DNA from: Candidatus Magasanikbacteria bacterium CG10_big_fil_rev_8_21_14_0_10_36_32
GTDB taxonomy: Bacteria > Patescibacteriota > Patescibacteriia > Magasanikbacterales > GWA2-37-8
Length of the DNA stretch: 64,000 nt
NCBI GenBank assembly: GCA_002778465.1
Contig: PFBV01000003.1
Coordinates: 87,736 to 151,735 of the forward strand
Reading direction: 5' to 3'
The number at the start of each line of letters is the position of its first letter. Positions within the stretch are counted from its first letter, which is position 1. The translations under genes and the position numbers were made by a program. The notes beneath the pieces are model-generated. The model searched no databases and was not told where the DNA came from. It saw only the letters and a list, made by a program, of their open reading frames with translations. This document shows, one piece after another, positions 28,712-40,059 of this stretch.

Positions 28712-30427
28712 ATGACGGATTTTCCTTCAATAAAAGATTTGATATCCAAATCAAACGACAACAATAAAAAACCTGCCGGGCAAAAAACAGCACCGGAAAA
28801 ATTTGCGTCTAAAATGCATGAAATGGATTTAAAAGCCAAAGAAGAACAAGTTGAAGCCAAGGCTGCCAGTGCCAATATCCCCTATATAAACTTAACTAAT
28901 TTTCCTGTATCATCAGAAGCCTTACGTATAATTCCAGAAACTGAAGCGCGAGGAAAAAACATAGTTTGTTTTCATGCCACACCAGAAGAAATTAGAATCG
29001 GCAGTTTAGAAATTTCTCCTGAAATCAAAGAATATGCCTATCAACTTGGCGAACGGCATCATGCACACATTGAGATTTATTTAATCACAAAAAATAGTCT
29101 TGACACTATTTTAAAACTCTATGCCACCTTACCTGTTATTCTCCCAATTACTAAAGATATCAATATTACCGACGAGGAACTAAATAAATTTCAATCAAAT
29201 ATTGATAACTTATTTTCAATCCAAGAACATTTTAAAAATGTTTCCATTACCGATATTTTAACTTTAATGATAGCAGCCGCTTTAAAAATCAACGCCTCTG
29301 ATATCCATGTGGAAGCAGAAGAAAAAGGCATCGCGGTCCGTTACCGTATTGACGGTATTCTGCATGAAGTGGCGGAATTACCTAAAGATCAGTGGAAAAG
29401 ATTTGTTTCACGCATTAAATTATTAGCCGCCTTGAAAATAAATGTCACCGACAAACCTCAAGACGGACGTGTTACTTTGCGATTATCTTCCAACAGCTTG
29501 GATATTCGTGTTTCCACTATGCCCACCACCTACGGAGAAAGTATTGTGATGAGAATTTTACATAGCGGTTCTAAAGGTGTTACCTACGATGAATTGGGAT
29601 TACGCGGCGATGCTTATCTCAGATTAAAGAAAGAAATTGAACGACCGAATGGAATGATTATTACTACTGGTCCTACAGGTTCGGGTAAAACCACCACTCT
29701 ATATGCTATTTTAAGAACAATAAATAAACCTGGTGTAAAAATCATCACGTTAGAAGATCCGATTGAAATTAAAATGGAAGGAATTAATCAGAGTCAAGTG
29801 GACCCATCGCATGATTACACTTTTGCCAAAGGTTTGCGCAGTATTCTCCGTCAAGATCCTGACATTTGTATGGTTGGAGAAATTCGTGATTTAGAAACAG
29901 CTGAAATAGCAATTCAAGCGGCTTTAACCGGACATTTAATGCTTTCAACTATTCATACTAATAGTGCTTCAGGCGCCATCCCACGATTCCTTTCTATGGG
30001 TGTGAAACCATTTTTACTCGCTCCGGCAGTAAATGCTATTATTGGACAACGTTTGGTTAGACGTATTTGTGAAAAATGCATTGTGGAAATGGAATTAACC
30101 ACGGAACAAAAAGAACGGGTAAATAATATTTTTTCTACCATGCCTGAAACTGAAAGAAATAAAATTGATCTAAATAATTTAAAATTTTATAAAGGTGCCG
30201 GTTGTCCAGAATGTAGCGGATTGGGTTATAAAGGCCGCATTGGTATTTATGAAATTTTTGCCATGAACAAAGAAATAGAAAACATTATTTTAAGTGGCCA
30301 AGTTTCTGAATATGTCATACAAGAAATCGCCGTTAAAAATGGAATGGTTACTATGATTCAGGATGGTTTATTAAAAGCTTTGGATAAAATTACCACCATT
30401 GATGAAGTTTTTCGAGTAGCTGATTAA
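28712..30427 (+). CDS. pilB: Type II/IV secretion-system ATPase (PilB/GspE family).
   Basis: Walker A TGPTGSGKTTTLYA, Asp box, Walker B/His box, tetracysteine CEKC...CPEC, and an N-terminal GSPII_E_N-like region. Confidence 0.85.
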   Translation: MTDFPSIKDLISKSNDNNKKPAGQKTAPEKFASKMHEMDLKAKEEQVEAKAASANIPYINLTNFPVSSEALRIIPETEARGKNIVCFHATPEEIRIGSLEISPEIKEYAYQLGERHHAHIEIYLITKNSLDTILKLYATLPVILPITKDINITDEELNKFQSNIDNLFSIQEHFKNVSITDILTLMIAAALKINASDIHVEAEEKGIAVRYRIDGILHEVAELPKDQWKRFVSRIKLLAALKINVTDKPQDGRVTLRLSSNSLDIRVSTMPTTYGESIVMRILHSGSKGVTYDELGLRGDAYLRLKKEIERPNGMIITTGPTGSGKTTTLYAILRTINKPGVKIITLEDPIEIKMEGINQSQVDPSHDYTFAKGLRSILRQDPDICMVGEIRDLETAEIAIQAALTGHLMLSTIHTNSASGAIPRFLSMGVKPFLLAPAVNAIIGQRLVRRICEKCIVEMELTTEQKERVNNIFSTMPETERNKIDLNNLKFYKGAGCPECSGLGYKGRIGIYEIFAMNKEIENIILSGQVSEYVIQEIAVKNGMVTMIQDGLLKALDKITTIDEVFRVAD

Positions 30428-30455
30428 TTTTAATAATTTTTTTAAATTTTTTAAT

Positions 30456-31622
30456 ATGATTACTAGACGGCTTTCAACTCGCCCTATTCCTCCACCGCCA
30501 GTTCGACTTTATCGAACTGTGGCGTTAACATTTTTATTTATCACCATAGTTCTACTCGGTTTTGTTATTTTTGCCATGTTAAAAAAGACTGAAATTATTA
30601 TTATGGCACGCGAGGATACCAAGTCGGTCAAAACAATCATTACTGCCGAACAACAAAAACAAGGCGTTAAATCCATCAACTCTATTGTCACTTCAACGCA
30701 ATTTTATTGGCTTGAAAAATATACTCCGACTGCTGTCAAAAATGTTCCCAGCACATCAAAAGGACAGGTAATTATTTATAATAAAACTAATGAAAATCAA
30801 ATTTTAGTAAAAACCACTCGTTTATTGACACCAAATAATGTTCTCTTTCGTTTATCGGATAGAGTAATAATTCCGGCTAATGGACAATTAACCGCTGACG
30901 TATATGCTGATAAATCCGGCTCAACCAGCGATATCGGTCCGAGTCAATTCACTATTCCTGGATTATCCACGGAAAAACAAAAACTAATCTACGCTGAAAG
31001 CAAAACAGCTATGGTTGGCGGTTCAGGCACAACTAAGGTGGTTAGTGAATCTGATTTAAAAGCCGCTGAAATGGATTTTATGGAAAAAACAAAACAAGCA
31101 TTTTTAGATAAATTTGTTTCTTCTAACAACTCCAAAACAACATCGGCTGACTTCGACCAAAAAATCGTCAATGTTACATCCCAACACATTTCTCCTTCAG
31201 CAAAAATCGGACAAGAAACAAACGAATTCACTATTTCCGGAACCAGTACACTAACGGTTGTGTTTTATAACCGACAAGAATTAATAGAAACATTAAATAA
31301 AGAAATTGGTTCAAATATTGATAATGGCTCTGAAAAAATTCTATCTTTAAACGGAGAACCTCAAATTTCCATAGAATCGGTTGACTTGTCTAATGCCAAC
31401 GCCCGCTTATCTGTTACCGCTCAAGCATTGGTCACATTGGATGCTAATGCGCCACTATTGTCTAAAGAAAACTTTTTAAATAAAAATAAAAGCGAACTGG
31501 AAAGATACATCGTTGGTTTACCACATGTCATTAGTATGAATATCAAATTCACACCATCATGGATTACTAAAACTCCTGGTGTGCCAGATAAAATTAAAGT
31601 GATTGTAAAAAATGTAAAATAA
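30456..31622 (+). CDS. Membrane-anchored hypothetical protein (388 aa).
   Basis: N-terminal Pro-rich segment plus a TM helix (VALTFLFITIVLLGFVIFAML), then an extracytoplasmic Ser/Thr-rich domain. It sits directly downstream of pilB. Confidence 0.45.
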   Translation: MITRRLSTRPIPPPPVRLYRTVALTFLFITIVLLGFVIFAMLKKTEIIIMAREDTKSVKTIITAEQQKQGVKSINSIVTSTQFYWLEKYTPTAVKNVPSTSKGQVIIYNKTNENQILVKTTRLLTPNNVLFRLSDRVIIPANGQLTADVYADKSGSTSDIGPSQFTIPGLSTEKQKLIYAESKTAMVGGSGTTKVVSESDLKAAEMDFMEKTKQAFLDKFVSSNNSKTTSADFDQKIVNVTSQHISPSAKIGQETNEFTISGTSTLTVVFYNRQELIETLNKEIGSNIDNGSEKILSLNGEPQISIESVDLSNANARLSVTAQALVTLDANAPLLSKENFLNKNKSELERYIVGLPHVISMNIKFTPSWITKTPGVPDKIKVIVKNVK

Positions 31623-31679
31623 AATCTAAATATAAAAAATTCTCCCCAAATTTGGGGAGAATTTTTTATATTTAGATTA
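31623..31679. terminator. 57-bp perfect palindrome acting as a bidirectional terminator between the pilB operon and ftsH.
   Basis: aaatctaaatataaaaaattctcccc-aaattt-ggggagaattttttatatttagatt. Confidence 0.7.
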
Positions 31680-33500
31680 CTCCATTATTTTTTTAATTTC
31701 ATCTTGTTCAATTGTTTCTTTTTCTAATAACACTGCCACCATCTTTTCTAATTTATCACGATTTAATTCTATAATTTGTTTAGCTTTCTTTTCCGCTTCC
31801 AATAATAGATTAGAAACTTCTTTATCAATTGCTTCCGCAGTTTTATCACTATAATCCTGTTGATCATGAATTTCTTTGCCTAAAAAAATCATTTCTTCGT
31901 GTTCACCGAAAGTTCGCGGACCTAAATCACTCATACCAAATCTAGTAACCATGTTTTTAGCCAATTGAGTAGCACTTTTCAAATCACTAGACGGACCTGT
32001 AGAAATCATTTCATCGCCAAAAATCATTTTTTCAACCACATAACCTCCCATAATCATAGCCAATTCTGATTTAAACTGTGCTAAAGTATGATAATGACGA
32101 TCTTCTGACGGCATTTTCAAAGTATAACCACCGGCTTGACCGCGTGAAATGATTGATACTTTTCTCACAGGATCACCATGAGGTAATAAATGACCAACTA
32201 CAGCATGACCAGCCTCATGATAAGCCGTCATTTTCTTTTCCTGTTCAGTAATCACTCTATTTTTTCTTTCCGGTCCAAGTAAAACTTTTTCAATACTTTC
32301 CAAAATTTCATCCTCGGTAACTTTTTTTAATCCACGACGGACGGTTAATATTGCCGCTTCATTTAATAAATTTTCCAAATCAGCTCCGGAAAAACCAGGA
32401 GTTCGTTCGGCAATTTTTCTCAATGAAACTTCCGCCACTAATGGTTTATTTAAAGCGTGAATTGCTAAAATTTCTTCTCTATCTTTAATGTCCGGCAAAT
32501 CTAACACTACACGACGATCGAAACGACCCGGACGCAACAAGGCCGGATCCAAAACATCCGGACGATTAGTCGCGGCAATAACAATGACACCAATATTAGG
32601 ATCAAAACCGTCCATTTCCACCAAAATTTGATTTAATGTTTGTTCCCGTTCATCATGTCCACCTCCCAAACCAGCTCCACGACGTCTGCCTACCGCATCA
32701 ATCTCGTCAATAAAAACAATCGCTGGCGCGGCTTTTTTAGCCTTACCAAATAAATCTCTTACTCGCGAAGCGCCAACACCAACAAACATTTCTACAAATT
32801 CAGAACCCGACATGTGAAAAAATGGCACATTAGCTTCTCCAGCTACCGCTTTAGCTAATAATGTTTTACCTGTTCCCGGCGCACCCATTAACAATACTCC
32901 TTTGGGAATTTTAGCGCCCATTTGAGCGAATTTTTTTGGATGTTTCAAAAAATCAACAATTTCTAACAACTCTTGTTTTGCTTCACCTGCTCCAGCAACA
33001 TTTTTAAATGTTTTTTTCTCACGCGGTCCGGCTCCGGCTTGGCGAGGATTACTTTGACCAAAACCCATCGCCTTATTATTCATTCCTTGCACTCCACGAC
33101 TCATAAAATAAAAAAAGAAAATAATAATAATCAACGGCAACAAAGCCGGAATTAAATTAGCTGCCCAAAATTTCCATGAACTTTCATCTTTAACTTCCAC
33201 TTCCAATAATTTACGAGCTTCATCAGATACTCCATAATCTTTCATAATTGAACCAAAAGAATCTGTAGGCTCTTTTTTAACTTCCTGTAATTTAGCTGAT
33301 GTATCTTTTAATTCTACTTTTAATAAATTGCCTTCCACTGTTACTTTTTTAACCGTATTAGCGTTAATTTCTTCCACCATTTTAGCTACACCAATTATTT
33401 CAGGTTTCTTACTGTCATCACCCTTAAAAAAACTAATAACACCAGCGATTAAAAATAACGCTAAAAACACTATTAAAAAATTCTTCAAAAAATCTTTCAT
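31677..33500 (-). CDS. ftsH: ATP-dependent zinc metalloprotease FtsH.
   Basis: Two N-terminal TM helices, AAA Walker [21 protein letters not shown], and the HEAGHA zinc site. Confidence 0.9.
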   Translation of the reverse strand: MKDFLKNFLIVFLALFLIAGVISFFKGDDSKKPEIIGVAKMVEEINANTVKKVTVEGNLLKVELKDTSAKLQEVKKEPTDSFGSIMKDYGVSDEARKLLEVEVKDESSWKFWAANLIPALLPLIIIIFFFYFMSRGVQGMNNKAMGFGQSNPRQAGAGPREKKTFKNVAGAGEAKQELLEIVDFLKHPKKFAQMGAKIPKGVLLMGAPGTGKTLLAKAVAGEANVPFFHMSGSEFVEMFVGVGASRVRDLFGKAKKAAPAIVFIDEIDAVGRRRGAGLGGGHDEREQTLNQILVEMDGFDPNIGVIVIAATNRPDVLDPALLRPGRFDRRVVLDLPDIKDREEILAIHALNKPLVAEVSLRKIAERTPGFSGADLENLLNEAAILTVRRGLKKVTEDEILESIEKVLLGPERKNRVITEQEKKMTAYHEAGHAVVGHLLPHGDPVRKVSIISRGQAGGYTLKMPSEDRHYHTLAQFKSELAMIMGGYVVEKMIFGDEMISTGPSSDLKSATQLAKNMVTRFGMSDLGPRTFGEHEEMIFLGKEIHDQQDYSDKTAEAIDKEVSNLLLEAEKKAKQIIELNRDKLEKMVAVLLEKETIEQDEIKKIME

Positions 33501-33622
33501 AAAAATTTATAAGTTAATAATTTATAGACTTATTAGATTATAACCTCAAAACATTAAAAAATCAAGTTTGCTTTACTAAACAAAAAACCTCGTTTTTAAA
33601 CGAGGTTTTTTACTTTTTTATT

Positions 33623-34876
33623 TTACTCAGTCGTTTCTTCCTTGTCCTCTTTAATTTTTACCTCTTCCTTAACAGATTTTTCTTCTATTTTTTCCTCTTT
33701 TTCCTCAACCTGTTCTTCAGTTTGAGATGTTTCAGATTTTCGTCCGGCCTTACCTTTTACTCCCGCCACACGCAAACCAAGACGATGTTCCATTGGTTCT
33801 AAAGAAACAATGATGAATTCCTGATCCTGTCCAATTTTGAATTTATCCTGAATATTGTGCATTGGTTCATCAGATAATTCTGAAACATGAGCTAAACCAT
33901 GTATTTCCTTATCTAAACTTACCATCAAACCAAACGGTTCTATCTTTAAAATTTTACCCGTAACTGTATCTCCAATTTTAAATTTATCTTTAACCTGTTT
34001 CCAAGGATCTTCTACTAAACGTTTAATGGATAAATAAATTTTAGAACGATCAAGTTGTATAATCTGAGCTTTAACTTTATCACCAACCTTAACTAAATCT
34101 TTCGGGTGATCAATTCTTTGCCAAGCGATTTCAGAAATATGTATTAAACCTTCTAAACCATCTCCAAATTTAATAAAGACACCAAAAGAAGTCAGAGCAC
34201 TAACTTCACCTTCAACAATATCTCCAACTTTATAAGCCTCCAAAACAGCTTTTTGAGCGTCTTCCCAAACAGCTTTTTCAGAAACAATCAATTTTTCTTC
34301 ACGTTCATCCAAATCAATCACTTTGACTTCCAAATCTTGTCCGATTAAATCATGTAATTTTTCTAAAATTCTACTTTTGTCACCACCGGTCACTCTTGGA
34401 TAATGATCAGGATTCAATTGAGAAACCGGCATAAAACCGTTTAATGGACCTACTTGCATCATTAAACCGCCTTTGTTGGCTGATAATGCTTTGGCTTTTA
34501 CAGTTATGCCTTGTTTCATCCATTTTCGCATATTATCCCAAACACGCTGCATACCGGCGGTACGGAATGATAATTCCATTTCACCGTTTTCATTTTCCAA
34601 ATCAATAACAGTGCCTTCCACTTCATCGCCAGGTTTTAAATTGGCATATTCTGACGACTCAGAGAACATTTCTTTTCCACGAACAATAGCAGTGGTCAAA
34701 TTTTCTATATCAATTCTAATTTCACCTTTATCCACTGATAAAATTATACCTTTAATAATATCTCCGACTTTAGGAAAATTAACATTAGCCGATTGTAACA
34801 ATGTCTTAAAGTCTTGTTTGGTATCCATATATTTTATAATGATTTTTTTTATCTGTTCCACTGTTTGGGGTGGCAA
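33623..34876 (-). CDS. rpsA: 30S ribosomal protein S1 (multi-S1-domain), with an acidic/Lys-rich C-terminal tail.
   Basis: Four S1-like domains (for example GDIVEGEVSALTSFGVFIKFGDGLEGLIHISEI). Terminator aaaaacctcgtttttaaacgaggtttttt at about 33575-33610. Confidence 0.8.
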   Translation of the reverse strand: MPPQTVEQIKKIIIKYMDTKQDFKTLLQSANVNFPKVGDIIKGIILSVDKGEIRIDIENLTTAIVRGKEMFSESSEYANLKPGDEVEGTVIDLENENGEMELSFRTAGMQRVWDNMRKWMKQGITVKAKALSANKGGLMMQVGPLNGFMPVSQLNPDHYPRVTGGDKSRILEKLHDLIGQDLEVKVIDLDEREEKLIVSEKAVWEDAQKAVLEAYKVGDIVEGEVSALTSFGVFIKFGDGLEGLIHISEIAWQRIDHPKDLVKVGDKVKAQIIQLDRSKIYLSIKRLVEDPWKQVKDKFKIGDTVTGKILKIEPFGLMVSLDKEIHGLAHVSELSDEPMHNIQDKFKIGQDQEFIIVSLEPMEHRLGLRVAGVKGKAGRKSETSQTEEQVEEKEEKIEEKSVKEEVKIKEDKEETTE

Positions 34877-35212
34877 ATAAAAAAAATTGCTTTAGCCTCC
34901 GTCTTAAGCGGAAGTTCCAACCACTAAACCGGGCTGGATTTAATTAACTAATTGTTGAGAAGAGTATAACAAAAAATAAAAAAACTGTCAAGGGCTACAG
35001 TTATTTTTACTAATATTTTCATCTCTCCGCTTATTAATTTGACGGCTAACCGCCTTATTCAATTTTTTATCTAAAATTAGCCAAAATTATGACCAAAGTT
35101 GTCCACTTTTTATACCCAAAATTACCTTGAAAAAAAACACAATTTTTGCTAAAATATAGGCACAAATTAGCTATAATATTACTATTAAAATTAATTATTT
35201 TTAACTTTTGAT

Positions 35213-35839
35213 TTGTTTTTTATGCATATAAATTGGCTCGGACAAACCTGCGTTAAGCTACAATCAAAAAATCTTAAAGACGAAGATGTCATAATTTTAA
35301 TTGATGGCTATAAACCGTCCAAAGGAGATTTTCCTCGTTCTTTTAGTCCCAACATTGCTTTGTTTTCTAATGGTGAAAATAACTCTGCCACTCTCAGTCA
35401 AAATCCTCTAATTGCCAACACATTGGGAGAGTATGAAGCAAAAGATACAATGATATATGCATTGCCTGGACCTGATGGAAAATTAATTTTTAAAATTATT
35501 ACCGAAGGAATGACAATTGTCCATTTGGGTCAACTTAATAAAAAATTAAACCAGGATTTAATCAATCAATTGGATAATCCTGATATTTTACTGATTCCAG
35601 TTGGTGGAGGAAATTATCTAAACCCAGAAATAGCAGCAGAAATGGTTACTACATTAGAACCACGCATCGTTATTCCTATCGCCTTACAATGTGATACTGA
35701 CCCGAAAGCTGGAACTGCTAATGATTTTATTAAACAAATAGGTTTAAAACCAGAAATAACTGAGAAAAAAATTATTATTAAGAAAAAAGATTTGCCACAA
35801 GAAGAAACTAAACTAATAATTTTAGAAAAAAATTATTAG
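35213..35839 (+). CDS. MBL-fold metallo-hydrolase.
   Basis: MHINWLGQTCVKLQ...; short YtnP/YhfI-like beta-lactamase-fold protein, 208 aa. Confidence 0.55.
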   Translation: MFFMHINWLGQTCVKLQSKNLKDEDVIILIDGYKPSKGDFPRSFSPNIALFSNGENNSATLSQNPLIANTLGEYEAKDTMIYALPGPDGKLIFKIITEGMTIVHLGQLNKKLNQDLINQLDNPDILLIPVGGGNYLNPEIAAEMVTTLEPRIVIPIALQCDTDPKAGTANDFIKQIGLKPEITEKKIIIKKKDLPQEETKLIILEKNY

Positions 35840-35876
35840 TTTAGTCATACTAAATTTACCTCTTAGGTTCTTTACT

Positions 35877-36284
35877 ATGCCAAAAAAAAAGACTGTTCAG
35901 CAAAAAAAAACAAAAACATCTGAATCGAAAAATAAAAATTTTGATTTTTATAATCGCGCATCTGACATTAATAGACGGCAAACTTGGATGTGGTTAGGAG
36001 TAGGAACAGTTTTAATAACTATAATATTCTTTTGGATTTGGTCTATAAAAATCGGTTTTTCTTCTCTCTCCTGGCAAAACTCCAAAGAACAACAAATAAT
36101 CAGTAATATAAAAAATAACTGGCAAGAACAGTTTTCCGACAGTAAACCAATTTTAAATGATGAAGAAAAAATTTTGGTTCAAAATAAACTTAAAACTATA
36201 TTTAACCAAAACACTTCCCCTATTACCTCTACCGTTACATCAACCACATCAACAATTTCTCTAATTTCTACAACAACTAATTAA
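35877..36284 (+). CDS. Small membrane protein with a Thr/Ser-rich tail (hypothetical).
   Basis: Lys-rich N-terminus, one TM helix, and a [23 protein letters not shown] tail. Confidence 0.4.
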   Translation: MPKKKTVQQKKTKTSESKNKNFDFYNRASDINRRQTWMWLGVGTVLITIIFFWIWSIKIGFSSLSWQNSKEQQIISNIKNNWQEQFSDSKPILNDEEKILVQNKLKTIFNQNTSPITSTVTSTTSTISLISTTTN

Positions 36285-36289
36285 AAAAT

Positions 36290-38788
36290 ATGCCTCAAAC
36301 TCAAGTCAAAATGCCATTGGCAAAAAATGAAATAGGAAAATTAATTAATACTCCGATTGCCGATGAAGTAAAACAATCTTACTTGGAATATGCAATGAGT
36401 GTTATTATTTCCCGCGCTTTACCAGATGTGCGTGATGGTTTTAAACCTGTACATCGACGCATTTTATATGCCATGTGGGATATCGGTCTTAAACATACTT
36501 CAAAATTTCGTAAATCAGCCCATGTAGTCGGTGAGGTAATGGCTAAATACCATCCACATGGCGATGCCGCGATTTACGATTCTATGGTTCGTATGGCTCA
36601 GGACTTTTCTATGCGTCAAACTTTCGTAGACGGACAAGGCAACTTTGGTTCAATGGACGGAGATAGTGCCGCTGCCATGCGTTATACTGAAGCACGCTTG
36701 AGTTCTTTGGCTGAAGAAATGCTTTTTGATATTGAAAAAAATACAGTTAATTTTACTCCGACCTATGATGGCTCTCACCATGAACCTTCTGTTTTACCGT
36801 CTAAAGTTCCTAATTTGCTTTTAAATGGTACCATGGGCATTGCTGTCGGTATGTCCACCTCTATTCCACCACATAACTTAAATGAACTATGTGACGGTGT
36901 AATTGCTTTAATTGATAATCCAAAAACAACCACTGAGGATCTATCAGAAATTATTAAAGGACCTGATTTTCCAACTGGCGGTATTATTTATAATAAAAAG
37001 GATATCGCCACTACATATGCCACTGGCAAGGGTGGTGTGGTCATCCGCGCTAAAGCTGAAATCCAGGAAGTTAAATCTGGATATTTTCAAATTATTGTCA
37101 GTGAAGTACCTTATCAGGTTAACAAAGCAACTTTATTAGAAAAAATTGCAGGATTGGTTCAAGAAAAGAAAATTGAGGGGATTAAAGATTTACGAGATGA
37201 ATCATCCAGTAAAGACGGAGTTCGAGTAGTGATTGATTTAAAAAAAGATTCATATCCGAAAAAAATTCTCAATCAACTATTTAACATGACCGAATTGCAA
37301 ACGACTTTCCATACCAATATGTTGGCTTTAATTGACGGAATTCAACCTCGTGTATTAAATTTAAAAACAATTCTAGAAGAATTTATTAAACACCGCCAAG
37401 TGGTTATTCGTCGCCGAGCTGAATTTGATTTGGAAAAAGCTCAAGATCGCGCGCACATACTTAAGGGCTTAAGTATGGCATTAGACAAAATTGAAATGGT
37501 CATCAAAACCATCCGCGCTTCTAAAGACAAAGATGAGGCTAAGAAAAATTTAATATCCAAATTTAAATTCACCGAACGACAAACAACTGCTATTTTAGAA
37601 ATGAAACTTCAACAATTGGCTAACTTAGAAAGGAAAAAAATTGAAGATGAATTGAAAGAAAAAATGACTTTGATTAAAGAATTGGAATCGCTTCTTGCTT
37701 CCACTGCCAAAATTTTAAAAAATATCAGACAAGAAACTGAAGAAATTAAAAACAAATACGGTCAGCCACGCCGTACACAAATTGTCGCGCATGGCGTTAA
37801 AGAATTTACAGTAGAAGATTTAGTTCCAAACGAACCTGCCATCATAATGATTACCACCGATGGATATATTAAACGTTTATCTCCGGATACTTTCCACTCT
37901 CAATCTCGAGGTGGAAAAGGTGTAATTGGAGTCACTACCAAAGAAGAAGAAACTGTTGATCAACTTCAAGCTACCAATACTCATGATAATATTTTATTTT
38001 TCACCAATCGCGGACGAGTTTTTCAACTTTTTGCTTATGATATACCACAAGCCAGCCGTACTGCCAAAGGTCAGGCCTTAGTCAATTTCCTGCAATTAGC
38101 GCCAAACGAAAAAGTCACTGCTTTAATGGCTATGAACACTATTACTGACGCCAAATTTATGGTAATGGCAACTTATAAAGGTTTAATCAAAAAAACTCCA
38201 ATTGATGCATTTTCTAATGTTCGTCGAAGTGGACTTATTGCATTAAAACTTAAAAATGAAGATGAATTGGCTTGGGTTAAACCTTCTTCAGGACAAGATG
38301 AAATTTCTATCATTACTAAGAGTGGACAAGCTATAAGATTTAAAGAAGATAATGTCCGACCAATGGGACGCACCGCCAGCGGTGTTCGTGGTATGCGCTT
38401 AAAAACCAACGATGAAGTAATTTCTATGGATATAGTTGATCCAAAAAATAAAAATGTTGAATTATTAACCATAGGTGAAAATGGTGTTGGAAAAAGAACC
38501 CCGTTGACTCAATACAAGGTACAAGGTCGTGGTGGTAGCGGTATTAAAACAGCTGAAATCACAAAAAAAACCGGATCATTAATTCATGCCAAAGTAATTG
38601 ACGGTTCAAAAGAAGATCAATATGACTTGATTATTATGTCTGCCAAAGGACAAGCAATTCGCCTGCCTTTCAAAACAGTATCCGTTTCAGGACGAGCAAC
38701 ACAAGGAGTTCGTCTGATGAGATTTAAAGAAGATGATGATAGGGTGGTCAGTGTCACACTGGTTAATCAAGAAACAGAAAACGATTAA
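36290..38788 (+). CDS. gyrA: DNA gyrase subunit A.
   Basis: [29 protein letters not shown] and the [10 protein letters not shown] active-site Tyr region. C-terminal beta-pinwheel repeats. 832 aa. Confidence 0.9.
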   Translation: MPQTQVKMPLAKNEIGKLINTPIADEVKQSYLEYAMSVIISRALPDVRDGFKPVHRRILYAMWDIGLKHTSKFRKSAHVVGEVMAKYHPHGDAAIYDSMVRMAQDFSMRQTFVDGQGNFGSMDGDSAAAMRYTEARLSSLAEEMLFDIEKNTVNFTPTYDGSHHEPSVLPSKVPNLLLNGTMGIAVGMSTSIPPHNLNELCDGVIALIDNPKTTTEDLSEIIKGPDFPTGGIIYNKKDIATTYATGKGGVVIRAKAEIQEVKSGYFQIIVSEVPYQVNKATLLEKIAGLVQEKKIEGIKDLRDESSSKDGVRVVIDLKKDSYPKKILNQLFNMTELQTTFHTNMLALIDGIQPRVLNLKTILEEFIKHRQVVIRRRAEFDLEKAQDRAHILKGLSMALDKIEMVIKTIRASKDKDEAKKNLISKFKFTERQTTAILEMKLQQLANLERKKIEDELKEKMTLIKELESLLASTAKILKNIRQETEEIKNKYGQPRRTQIVAHGVKEFTVEDLVPNEPAIIMITTDGYIKRLSPDTFHSQSRGGKGVIGVTTKEEETVDQLQATNTHDNILFFTNRGRVFQLFAYDIPQASRTAKGQALVNFLQLAPNEKVTALMAMNTITDAKFMVMATYKGLIKKTPIDAFSNVRRSGLIALKLKNEDELAWVKPSSGQDEISIITKSGQAIRFKEDNVRPMGRTASGVRGMRLKTNDEVISMDIVDPKNKNVELLTIGENGVGKRTPLTQYKVQGRGGSGIKTAEITKKTGSLIHAKVIDGSKEDQYDLIIMSAKGQAIRLPFKTVSVSGRATQGVRLMRFKEDDDRVVSVTLVNQETEND

Positions 38789-38866
38789 ATAAAAATCCCG
38801 GCTTAGGCCGGGATTTTTATAATAATATTGACAAAACTACATTTTTATAGTAATATATGGACACTT

Positions 38867-38940
38867 GTCAGGGTAGCTCAGCTGGTTAGAGCACTGGATT
38901 CATAACCCGGAGGTCGGGAGTTCAAGTCTCCCCCCTGACA
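38867..38940 (+). tRNA. tRNA-Met (anticodon CAU; it could alternatively be a lysidine-modified tRNA-Ile2).
   Basis: Acceptor gtcaggg/ccctgac, D-arm gctc-agctggtta-gagc, anticodon loop ttCATaa, T-arm gggag-ttcaagt-ctccc. It ends 2 nt before the tsaD ATG. Confidence 0.8.
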
Positions 38941-38942
38941 CT

Positions 38943-39962
38943 ATGAAAATCCTTGGAATTGAAAGCTCGTGTGATGATACATCGGTCGCTTTATTAGATT
39001 GTTCTAAAAGCGGCTGTTTTATTGTATCTGAAAAAACCGCTTCACAAATTGATATACACAAAAAATATGGCGGCGTAGTTCCGGAAGTGGCCGGACGCTT
39101 ACACGCGGAAAAAATAACACCATTAATTGAAGAGATTTTAAAAAACAAAAGTAAACCAGACGCTATTGCCGTAACTTCCGGTCCGGGTTTAATTACAGGA
39201 TTAATTGTCGGCGTAGAAGCGGCTAGAACTTTATCTTATGCCTTAAAAATTCCAACAATAGATGTTAATCATATAGAGGGACATATACATTCGGTAGAAA
39301 TCAAAAATCAAAAATCAAAAATCAAAAATACTATCAAATACCCAGCTCTTGCTCTGATTGCCAGTGGCGGACATACTGAACTTATTCTAATTAAAAAACA
39401 AGGACACTACAAAATACTCGGAGCAACTAAAGATGATGCGGCTGGTGAATGCTTTGATAAAATAGCACAGTTACTAGGACTTCCTTATCCTGGCGGCCCT
39501 CAAATTTCAAAATTGGCACTTGACGGCGATGCAAAAGCAATAAAATTTCCACGTCCTATGCTAGACCAAAATAATTATGATTTCAGCTTTGCCGGATTAA
39601 AAACCTCGGCACTTTATTACTTTCAAAAAAATCCAAAAGTCAATACGAATAACTTTTGCGCTTCCGTAGAACAAGCTATTGTTGATGTTTTAATTGGTAA
39701 AACAATAAAAGCCGCTACACAGTACAACCCAAAAACAATCATTCTTGCCGGAGGGGTGGCAGCTAATAAAAAACTACGAACTATTTTAAACGAACAAATA
39801 AAAATAAAAATTCCGCATTCAAATTTTCTGATTCCGGATGGAAAATATTGCATGGATAATGCCGCCATGATTGCCGTGGCTGGATATTATAAAGCAGCCA
39901 AAAAAAAATACACTGACTGGCGCCAAATTAAAGCCGATCCGAATTGGGAACTTGGTTCATAA
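38943..39962 (+). CDS. tsaD: tRNA N6-adenosine threonylcarbamoyltransferase (Kae1/TsaD).
   Basis: MKILGIESSCDDTSVALLD, the HIEGH motif and ...IASGGHTELIL. An in-frame (atcaaaa)x4 microsatellite at 39300-39330 encodes KNQKSKIKN. Confidence 0.85.
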   Translation: MKILGIESSCDDTSVALLDCSKSGCFIVSEKTASQIDIHKKYGGVVPEVAGRLHAEKITPLIEEILKNKSKPDAIAVTSGPGLITGLIVGVEAARTLSYALKIPTIDVNHIEGHIHSVEIKNQKSKIKNTIKYPALALIASGGHTELILIKKQGHYKILGATKDDAAGECFDKIAQLLGLPYPGGPQISKLALDGDAKAIKFPRPMLDQNNYDFSFAGLKTSALYYFQKNPKVNTNNFCASVEQAIVDVLIGKTIKAATQYNPKTIILAGGVAANKKLRTILNEQIKIKIPHSNFLIPDGKYCMDNAAMIAVAGYYKAAKKKYTDWRQIKADPNWELGS

Positions 39963-40059
39963 TCACTCCAAAACATATGGAGTGATTTTTTGTTTTAAAA
40001 ACCCCACGCATTTTGCGTGGGGTTAAATTTTCAAAAGAACAGAATTGATAAATTACAAA

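Noticed and set aside
31623-31679. 57-bp perfect palindrome, considered as a possible mobile-element inverted repeat or attachment site.
   Set aside because: It stands alone and is centred between convergent genes with flanking T/A runs on both strands. It behaves as a bidirectional intrinsic terminator. There is no partner repeat, transposase or integrase nearby.
33328-34880. Plus-strand ORFs 33328..33543 and 34473..34880 antisense to ftsH and rpsA.
   Set aside because: They lie antisense within highly conserved genes and have low-complexity translations. They are spurious.
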